This document shows, one piece after another, positions 1 to 9,739 of a stretch of 64,000 bases of DNA. Origin of the DNA: Utricularia gibba (taxonomy: Eukaryota > Plantae > Magnoliophyta); NCBI GenBank assembly GCA_002189035.1, contig CM007989.1, positions 2,790,001 through 2,854,000 on the forward strand. Direction: 5' to 3'. Position numbers and translations under genes: made by a program. The notes under the pieces are model-generated. The model ran no database searches. It worked only from the letters and a program-made list of their open reading frames with translations, and was not told the origin of the DNA. Every line of letters begins with the position of its first letter. Positions within the stretch are counted from its first letter, which is position 1.

Positions 1-320
1 CACCACCTTCTCTGCGTCCACTTTAGAGCCTCTCACGATCACGGTCTCCCCGCCGAAATCCGCGATCACCTCCTCCACCCCTGAAATACATAATTAAGCA
101 CTTATGAATCCTCACAACTTTAAAAGCAATATTCACAGAACACTGGTGGATTCGCCGGTCACCCTCTAGACGTAGGAGGCTTTTGCGGACTTTCCGGGCA
201 CAGCCGTGGCAGTGCAGGGAAACCCTTACGACGATTTCACTCTATCGACAGTAAAGCAGGTAATGAGCAAGAAAAAGAGACCAGAAAAGCAAGGCGACGT
301 AGCGAAATTACCTCCCCCAT
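1..320 (-). CDS. Heavy-metal-associated (HMA) domain protein, HIPP/HPP family; 5' part only, runs off the window
   Basis: Not in the ORF track. Exons 312-320 (ATG GGG GAG), 163-241 and 1-80 join through GT-AG introns to give MGE-SEIVVRVSLHCHGCARKVRKSLLRLEG-VEEVIADFGGETVIVRGSKVDAEKVV, an HMA fold with a CxxC metal site. Confidence 0.85.
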
Positions 321-1689
321 CAGTATCAACTACCGGAATGCAAATGCTTCTTAACTGCAACAACACAGAGCAAGCTCCCTTGTAGTCCGCCTATCAATTT
401 ATAAATGATGAAAAAAAAAACCTTCAAATATTGTTTTTTTCAATTTAAATATTTATAAATAAAAATTCCTTAATAGTATATAATGTCATGTGATTAAATG
501 ACTATAAAATTTTCTTCTTAATTTTGTTACCATGTTGAATTAAACAGATTATTTCAATAAAAAAGAATAGTTTCCGTACTTAATGTTTGGTGGTAAAGTG
601 GATGTTTTTCATGACAATTCTCCCTAGAAACTGGGAACCTTTAGAAAAATCTGATGTCCATTTTAAAAAGTTGTTTTTTTTGTATTTAAACTATTTATTA
701 AAAATATAAAAAGTGCCCCTGATTTACTGTGTAATCACATCTTATTCCCTGATATATACACATTATCTCAAATTAACTTTTTTGTTTAAAGTTTATTTAT
801 TTCCAGAAAAATAGTTTAAAAAAGGATTTTTCACGCAATATATACATTGAATTAACTTTTGGGACAAGGAATGTCTTTTATTTTTTTTTTTTAAAAACTT
901 TTTTCAGGAAAAAAAAGAGCAGAGCACAAGTTTTAGACATACTGCACCATGACAAAGCAATTCCTTGTCCGAATTTCTCGACTCTTTTGATGCAATGCCA
1001 AAATCTCAGTTGTTATATACAATATAATCGAATTCTAATTTTATTTTTACAAAGAAAATAAAAAAAACTACCTTTTATTTATTATTAGGCAACAGTTGCA
1101 AATATTATTCATTTAAAAATAAGATTTGTTTTTAATATATACAAATAAAAATAAAATATTAAACATAAAAAAATTGGATGATATCTAGAGTTTCGTGAGA
1201 TGACAAGAAATGATTCGAGCAATCATTCATTTAAATTCCAAATACTTTATTACATTTGAGGTTTCAGATGTATCAAGACAACACTAACTTCCGCCCCTTC
1301 ACATCTGATGCTATAGTAAGCGTGCGTATTTTGAAATGAGGGTGGAATATATGGATCTTTTTGAAAATTAATCATCTTAACATTATCTACTAAATCAAAA
1401 TTTTACATATAGAATGATTATTTTTCAGATAGAGTAGGGTTTATTTTCAAAATCATCCCGAATATATTATGATACGAGGTGGCGGGGGCAGGCACAGCAG
1501 CAGTAGGCAGCAGGCAGCAGTGATGACTCCTCCACCTCGTGCTGCCATGTGCCTTTCTATGGAGTTCTAGGTTTAAATTGCTTCACCGTTCAACTTCGCT
1601 ATGCATTCAATTGATTGAAATAGTGCATGGATTTGGTATCCCATCGTCTCCGGCGCCCGCCTATAAAATAAACTCACCCTTGCCGAGGA

Positions 1690-1971
1690 ATGCAACACAT
1701 GATGATGAGGGGAATTCGAAGCTTTGTGGTGATGGCTGGTCTCCTCTTCTTCCTGGCCGCTAGTGTTGCTGGTAAAAAACACAAATCACCGCCCCCGCCC
1801 CCTCCTAAACACTCCCCTCCGCCGCCTGCTCCTAATCACTCGCCTCCTCCTCCTCCTCCTAAACACTCGCCTCCGCCCCCTGGCAAACAGTCGCCTGCGC
1901 CCTCGCCCTTGCCGCCGCCCTCGCTGTCGCCGTCGCCGGGGCCGTCTCCGAGACCTCCACCTGCTTGCTAA
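1690..1971 (+). CDS. Small secreted proline-rich / extensin-like protein with KHSPPPP repeats
   Basis: Hydrophobic signal peptide (MRGIRSFVVMAGLLFFLAASVAG; start may be ATG 1705) followed by SPPPP blocks. TATAAAA at 1662-1668. Confidence 0.75.
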   Translation: MQHMMMRGIRSFVVMAGLLFFLAASVAGKKHKSPPPPPPKHSPPPPAPNHSPPPPPPKHSPPPPGKQSPAPSPLPPPSLSPSPGPSPRPPPAC

Positions 1972-3428
1972 TCGGCGCCATTCCACTACAAATACCTTAA
2001 GGTGTGCATGGGGGATGTCCCACATTCACCATGTTCATCAGTCTATCACCACTTACAAAATAAAGGATAATGGAGCGCTTATCAAGGGAAGTTGAGTTTT
2101 CCTTCCCTGTATTTGTACTTGTATATTGTGTCTTCATACAAGTGAATAAGAGAGCAAAATAACCCCTCTTGGTGCCAGTCTGTAATGAAACATTAGAATT
2201 CACCTTAATCCTACTACTCAGATCACTCGCCGGAGCTTACATTTCCGAAGTTCACTGGCTGCTTCAACTCCACTGTCCCCGCTTTAGGCTAGAGTGGGTA
2301 GGTTCCATGAACACCATTTTCATGAGACGTTGAACATGTAACTCAAGCCGAATATCTATCTAATTCGAAGAACCGGATGCCCTAGGCACATCGGTGTTAT
2401 TCTTTTAGGGCTTCTTGGACATCAATGAGAATGGATCCAATTCGAAACAAATCGATTTCTCGAGCCGTTGGTGTTACCGGATCCTGGATCGATTTGGTAT
2501 TTTGAAGGCAAGAGAAGTGCGGCAATAAAGTTCATAAGACAACATGGACCATGAATGACTACTGGCTGTGCTACAGTATTCATAATGTTGGATGATGACA
2601 AAGTTGACTTGGAATTATAGTTACTTTGGATAAGAATAGGAAGTTATGATTGCGCATATATATGATGTATGCATTGAAGTAATGAGGGTGTTCAGATCAT
2701 TTTGAATTTCCATTCAAGCATTTTGTCAAACCCTTGCTATGTCCGGATTTTGATCATTGATCCCGCATCTGATTGTTTCTCTACCATCCCATACGTGCAA
2801 ATGAAGAGATATGCAACAAGAACAAGCACCATTAAGTCAAAATTCCCCCACTGGTTTATGCGAGGAGCTGTCTGAAAAAATCATGAATGTGCGGTGAGAC
2901 AAGATGACAGGAAATAGGAGACACCAAGTTAAACCAGACAGAGGCCACCAAATGCTGATGATAATTGAAGGAACCCTCCTAAATAAATTCAAGTTGTTGG
3001 TGCAACTGCTGTTGAAGTGTCGACTGGAGAAGATTTGATGGACACGACTTTAGAAATTGATTGAGCGTGTTGGTATGATTATTATTATTTTATGGGATTA
3101 TCGTAGAGTAGAATCTTCTCTTCTCTTGTGTGTACGAGCTTGGAGGTAGCAGACTCTAAAAGGGGAGTAGCAATGTCCTGGCTACTCCACTTGAGGGTGT
3201 CGTGCAGCTTTCAAGACTTGAAACACTGGCTTGGACAGGACAGGACAGGAAAGGAAAGGGGAAGTTGAACAACGGATTTCATTAATTAAATGGGAAGTGC
3301 ATGCGTCAAGGGGAATTCATGAATTTATTGCAGGGACTCAACTCAGGCGCCCCTATAAATAAACATATCAGCACCAGGGCAGCAACAGAGTTTCTGTTGG
3401 TACTTGGTCCTCCTCCAAGAAAAATAAG

Positions 3429-4447
3429 ATGAGGGGATCTCCAAGCCTTGTTGTTATTCTACTCCTCTTCATGGCCACCACTATTATAGCCAGCGGTGGT
3501 AACAGTGGCAGTCCCGGTGGCAGTGGCAGTGGAAGTCCCGGTGGTAGTGGCAGTGGCAGTCCCGGTGGCAGTTCTGGTAAACCCACGCTCTCGCCTCCAC
3601 CCCCGCCCCTGCCCACGCCCTCGCCTTCTCCCTCTCCAAGCCCTCACCCTCGCCCTCACCCACGCCCACGCCCTCGCCTTCGCCCTCTACCAAGCCCTCA
3701 CCCTCTCCCTCGCCCTCACCACGCCCACGCCCACGCCTCGCCTTCGCCTCTACCAAGCCCTCACCCTCGCCCTCGCCCTCACCCACGCCCACGCCCACGC
3801 CCTCGCCTTCGCCCTCTACCAAGCCCTCACCTCGCCCTCGCCCTCGCCCGCCCTCGCCACGTCCTCGCCCTCGCCCGCTCCTTCTCCTTCTACCAAGCCC
3901 TCACCCTCGCCCTCGCCCTCACCCACGCCCTCGCCCTCGCCCGCTCCCACGTCCTCGCCCTCGCCCGCTCCTTCTCCTTCTACCAAGCCCTCACCCTCGC
4001 CCTCTCCCACGCCCACGCCCTCACCCTCGCCTTCGCCCTCTACCCTCGCCCTCACCCTCGTCCTCTCCCACGCCCACGCCCTCACCCTCGCCTTCGCCCT
4101 CTACCAAGCCCTCACCCTCACCCTCGCCCTCGCCCTCACCCACGCCCTCGCCTTCACCCTCTACCAAGCCCTCACCCTCGCCCTCTCCCACGCCCACGCC
4201 CACGCCCACGCCCTCGCCTTCGCCATCTACCAAGCCCTCACCCTCGCCCTCGCCCTCTCCCACGCCCACACCCCCACCCACGCCCCCGCCCCACCACCCA
4301 CTAAATATTATCTTTAGTCATGATCCACCAATTGCTTCTTCCAGAATCGGCACCATTCCACCACAAGTATCATCTATATCCGCTGCTGTGCATCGGTTTG
4401 TTCCACATCCACGATGCTCATCACCACTTGTAATTTTCAGCAAATAA
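3429..4447 (+). CDS. Secreted Ser/Thr-Pro-rich hydroxyproline-rich glycoprotein (AGP/extensin-like), frameshifted in this sequence; paralog of 1690-1971
   Basis: Signal peptide [24 protein letters not shown], then (GSPGGSGS)n, SPPPPP and [16 protein letters not shown] repeats. The SP frame switches at about 3636, 3720, 3737, 3748, 3831 and 4045. Stop is 4447 in the last SP frame, or 4317 with one more shift. TATAAAT at 3354-3360. Confidence 0.65.
3600..4285. repeat. Coding minisatellite of roughly 50-70 bp units built from CCCTCG/CCCACG hexamers plus TCTACCAAG
   Basis: The unit CTTCGCCCTCTACCAAGCCCTCACCCTCGCCC recurs about 10 times with variation. Confidence 0.9.
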
Positions 4448-5159
4448 AATGAATGTGTGTGAGTTCCAAAATAAAACTTCGTGCAGGCTTCACCCTCAGC
4501 CTTCTCAAAGGAAGTTGAGTATTCCTTCCTTGTACTTATCCTTGGTGTACTCTTTATCATACGTGAATAAAACAGCAGGTGTTACTGCTCTATTATCATC
4601 AATTTTCATAAAAAGGCTCTGAGCCTAGAAGTTACAACTCAAGGAAATGATTTATGCATGTAGTTATTACAGATAGCCTACGCCTGTCGGAAACCGTGAT
4701 CCAGTTACTTGGAGCTGGTGTTTACCAGGTGTGTGGATTTGCATGCACGGAATCAAGCCTAGGGCTAAGTTCAAAATAATATAAAAAACCTATTGGATCA
4801 GTTGACTTACATTTTATTCGTGTAAACTCTTGTTTTTGTTCCCTTTTTCATGCATATCTCAGCCCTTTCCTGTTTTGCATAAACTTTTCAAGGAAAAGCT
4901 TCGCTAAACCGATCCATACTTCTCAAACTTGCTGATGCAATGGTTACATGGACTGGCTCAGCCAACAGCGTCCTTTCAAATCCTGAGAACAATGGATCCA
5001 GTAGACAAAGGAAAACAGCTTCCCTGTCAAATCTGAGGAGATACAAACTTAGAAGTAGATTCAGACGCACATGAATGAGAAAAGCTTCACTCCCTTGTTT
5101 CTGCTTTTTTTTTTTTTGTTGCCTACCAAAGGTACAACAGGCAGCGTATAAGCTGATTC

Positions 5160-5717
5160 TCACAAAGAAACCCTTGAAGTTTTTTTCAACTTCTGGAGTT
5201 CCTCCAGGTACACCGTAGAATATGGCAAAAACTCAGACATGTAGCTCTGGCAGAGGTCATTCATAGCAACAGCAAGTTTAGGGATCTCTAGAGTTACCTC
5301 AAGAACATTGAATAGACTAACGACAACCGACTTGTAGGAGAAAACCAAGCAGCATGTATAACGCATCGTTCCTGTACAATGGAACAAAACCCAACTGAAA
5401 TCTTGTTTAGATCGTCCAGCAAAACGGCACCGTTCCGCACTGAGCACCATCGTATACAACAACTTGACCGGCCAAGACTACATTGGGCGCGACATAGGCA
5501 TCAACGGCGATCTTAGGGCACCACTGACCCAACGGAACTATCCTTCTCTGGCCCCTGTAATCCCATTTAACTCGATCCGGCGACTCTCTGATAACCGGCG
5601 CTATGGGGTGTTCCGGCTTGCGGGCAATTGACCAGCTCCTGCCGAAAAAGCGCTTCCTTGGTTTGTGCAAAGAGTCCTCGGCAGCAGCCTCCTCGAAATC
5701 CTCCCCAAAATCGATGT
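5160..5717 (-). pseudogene. GAMMA-CAL: Gamma carbonic anhydrase-like (gamma-CAL, mitochondrial complex I) pseudogene
   Basis: Recognisable segments: DRVKWDYRGQRRIVPLGQW.PKIAVDAYVAPNVVLAGQV, then after a -1 shift near 5443 SVRNGAVLLDDLNKISVGFCSIVQERCVIHAAWFSPT, then directly TLEIPKLAVAMNDL...SEFLPYSTVYLE. About 95 central codons are missing, there is no ATG at the expected start, and the targeting peptide has further shifts. Confidence 0.85.
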
Positions 5718-6582
5718 TTTTTTTCAGATTTTAGTGCTCCTCCGTGGAGAATGTCGGACGCGCAGTCAACTGGGCGGTCTGGGCGTAATTCTTGAATGGG
5801 CCTGAGCATGGTTGTTATCGGCTCAATCGTCATTTGTACGGTACGGTCCAAATTTTTTTGTGGATCACAGTTTCTCGAACTCTGAAACAAAATATACAAG
5901 TTTTGTTTCTGGTGTGAGATTGCTGTTTGGCATTTTGGCTATTTACTTCGTTGAATCTTCAAAATCAACCTCGATCCAGACTTGAAGAACTGCTAGTGGT
6001 GGGAATCAATCCACGAATGATTTTCATGGAACAGTGAAAGTGGTAGAAATTTTGGTTGGTTCTCATGGCGTTTTATGAGAGAACTGTCCAGGGCGATTAT
6101 GTTGGTGTTGCGTTGGAGTGTTGGCAACTGGTGATAGTTGTCTTCTCTTTTTATGCTTTGTTTGAATCAAAAGCCATCACGCAAACATCAAGCACAACAC
6201 AACAAAAGAAAAGGGAAAAGAAACATCAAGTTACACAACAGACTCCACCATGAAAGCTTCCAAAAACAATCATGTGCCATGAATGGAACACCGTGGTGCC
6301 GCATATGCATGCAAAACTCTGCTTCTATGGATTCCTTGTTCCCACCTCCCATATTTTGAGTGTCTCTCTCTCTCTGTATGTCTTCGTTGTCGCTTTCACT
6401 ACTGTCACAAAGGCAGCTCGTTTTTCTGTCTCTTTCTTTTGCGCTGCGATGTCTTCACTGTCTCTTTCTTTCTTTCTTCCCCCCTTTCTTAAGCTGATGT
6501 AGTTTCCAAAAGTATTGCTTTACCAGTGATACGTAAAGCCTCATTTCTCTAGAAAGCTTGCATTTTTTAAAGGGTACAAGAG

Positions 6583-9189
6583 ATGCTGTCGGGAGTTCAC
6601 CGCATGGTTTGGATGGAAGGAGATAGGGAAGAAGATGGTGCTTCTTCTTGGGCTCAAAGTAATGGCAACAGTGGTGGAGAAAGGCAGGAACAAATGTTGG
6701 AAATGAGTGGCCTCACCACGTTTAAGTCTATGCACGAAGTTGAACAATGGTACATAAACAACGGCGCCGCTGCGGGTGGCCGTGGCGGCAACCCCTGGCC
6801 ATGCACGGCCACCAAGATATATCTCTGTCTCCGAGCTTCGCTGAAGCTCGTGACAGCATTCAACTGCTTATACAGCCGGCGGATTCTTCAGCATCCTGTT
6901 CTCCGACTGCGGCGTCTGTCTTCACGAATTTCGACCCATCTAATCATCAATTGAATAGCTTTCCGCAGCCGAGGTCACTGGTGAATCCGATTCTCAATGA
7001 CCCATAGAGGGGAGATTCGATTTGGGCTATGAAAGTGGGTATCTGGAAAGTGCTTTAAATAGAGTCAGTGGGATTCTCGGCAGCGGTTTCAATGATTTGG
7101 GATCAAATTCTCAGATTAGTTCTCTGAATCTGTACTCTTCTCCTAGTAATTTCGGTCATTTGCCACAAGGGGCGAGTGGATTCGGTTCATTTGGGGTTGG
7201 TGACAGTTCCGTTCAGGAGGATTCATTGCTCCTCAACAGGCCAAAGATTCTTAAACCTCTCGACAATTTTGCCTCTGTAGGAGTACCGCCTACACTTTTC
7301 CAGAAAAGGGCTGCTCTCAGAAAGAGCCATGGGGGAAACTTGGATTCTCTGAATTTGGGTGCAGCATATCTTAATGGCATCAAGTCTCCAAGGATTGGAG
7401 AGCGATTTGGTAAAAAAGCGGATTACAGTGAAGAGATTAATGAAGGGAAAAGGAAAAGCAGTAGTGGAGATGACTTTGAAGATGTCAGTATTGATTGCTC
7501 TAGTTTCAACTGTGATTCTGATGATCTGTCCTTAGAGAATAAGGCATATGAAAGCAACAAAACAGGATGCTCCAACAGCAAGGTGACCGGAGGACATGTT
7601 AAAGGGAAGAACAAAAGTTTTCCGGCGAAAAATCTGATGGCAGAGAGGCGGCGGAGGAAAAAGCTCAATAACAGGCTCTACATGTTAAGATCAGTGGTTC
7701 CAAAAATCAGCAAGGTAAACAAAACACTTCAAACTCACCAATAACATTATAGAGTAATTGTTCATTTTAATGTTTTATTTTTTCCCAATTCCAAGCATGG
7801 TACTTTGTTTATGCCTTTATTTATCTTCTTCCGTGGGGGAACCTATGATCATTATTTGGTTATAAGTTTCTTGATTGGCATCTTTTGAATTTGTGCCTTA
7901 AAGCAGTGTGTTTGCATTAAATTCACTCACATGTAATCCATGATGTGATTTCAAATGGATCTTGCTCTAGACTTTCCACCACAACCAGTAACTAGAGATA
8001 GCGTTTTCATAACCAGTACACCAGTTAACTATGCCGACATGGTTCTTCTCGAATGAACTCCTCAGCTGACACACAATGAATGATTTCATTTTGTTCTCAT
8101 GTTTTGTCTTTCGGGTACATGTAGCTTCTTAGCCCTTCATAGGTCCACCAACTGCCCCTTTCATTGGCATCTTTCTTCAAGGGCACAGCGTAGTCCTTGA
8201 GTCCATGTTCAGCATCTCTCAATGCCCTGGTGTGTCATGGTGAATAATAATATAGCATGTATGAAGTATGGGACTTGGCATGAATTCCTCATTTGCATTG
8301 TCGCCATGGAAGCGTTTTGCATCCCAGTATTCTTGTGTGTCATATTAACACAGCATGTATTAACCTTTGAACTTGACATGAATCTGCACTTCCATGGAGA
8401 TTAGACTCATGTTTGCTTGGAGGAATTTTCATATCATGTGGCTTGGAGTTTGGAATGATGCTTCATGATTTGATGTACTTCAAAAATGTTGAACAGAAGC
8501 ATTGTTTGCTGGTATTTGACAGATGGACAGAGCGTCTATACTCGGAGACGCCATTGATTATTTAAAGGAACTCCTGCAGAAGATCAGTGACCTTCACAAT
8601 GAGCTTGAGTCAACTCCCGGCGCTTCTTTTGCAGCATCAGGTGCAAATTTATATCCCCTTACACCGACAGGGCCGAGTATTCCACCTCGAATCAAAGATG
8701 AGCTTTTCCCAAGCGCATTTGCCACCTCAATGTCCAGCCCCTCAGGCCAAACTCCAATAGTACGAACGAATTCCTTCTTCGTACATTGCATTCCAGTTTC
8801 CATGTCTCAGCACTTGATTGTGATAAGTGAAACATATCAACATTAACATGAACAACAGGTGGAGGTGAGACAGAGAGAAGAAAGAGCTGTGAACATTCAC
8901 ATGTTCTGCGGTTACAGGCCAGGCCTTCTTTTGTCAACTCTTCGAGCCATGGACAATCTGGGGCTGGAAGTGCAGCAAGCTGTCATCAGCTGCTTCAATG
9001 GCTTTGTCCTCGACGTTTTCCGAGCTGAGGTACGCAACTGACAACCAAGGAGTGCATGATCATCGACATTCACATTGGAATCATATGTTTGTGTGTTGTT
9101 TTCAGCAATGCAGAGAAGGGCAAGAACTGAATCCTAAACAAATCAAGGCAACTCTCCTTGACTCAGCTGGTTTCCGTGGCATGGCATGA
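6583..9189 (+). CDS. ICE1: ICE1/SCREAM bHLH transcription factor, 4 exons, two -1 frameshifts in exon 1 of this sequence
   Basis: Motifs [27 protein letters not shown], b[32 protein letters not shown]|[18 protein letters not shown] and ACT-like [12 protein letters not shown]. Exons 6583-7714, 8523-8759, 8859-9029, 9106-9189, all GT-AG. Shifts at 6792-6795 and 7005-7006. Confidence 0.9.
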
Positions 9190-9739
9190 TCAGAATTCTT
9201 CCCCTTTGCGTTCTTTGAACCTAAATTCCTATCGGTTTAGAGACAGGTTTCTGTGTTCTTCCATAGGTTTCCCTGCTCTTCAGCACTGACTTATCTATAT
9301 TCCTCTTCATTTCTCCATAATAATAAGATGCCAGGATTTTCAACAAGATGATCGATTACACCCCCTAATCATATATAAACATTGCTTGCTTACATAAAAT
9401 GCTAGAAAGTTACAGCAGTTATTTACAAAAACTGGCCATCTTGGCGCAGCACAACTTGCCACTTGGAAAGCATACTACCAACAATTTTTGTCTCAGAAAA
9501 AACAGGGCTCCAAAATTGCAAACGCTACCAATCTATGTATAATTTACATACATGAAGGATCCCCAACTTTAAAAGTGGAGGATCTTCCTCTCCATCTTTT
9601 ATTGAATTAATTCAGGCAGTGATGGATTGAGCAGTCTTCTTATGAGTCTTCCCTGCATCAAATAACGACGCATGGCTCGATCAATATGCTAATCAAAACA
9701 ACGATGTGGAATGGAAAGAACTGGTTACTACCAAGGAAG

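Noticed and set aside
2215-3070. Possible Copia-type relic between the HRGP paralogs (VGEF and GMVEK-like words on the minus strand)
   Set aside because: Only isolated short words in different frames; no LTR, PBS or recognisable domain. BLASTX against a TE library would decide.
3368-4304. Alternative-frame and antisense ORFs over the SP repeat (GEGEGE, HPRPRP, LALALT types)
   Set aside because: By-products of a stop-free hexamer repeat; only the SP/TP reading follows the signal peptide.
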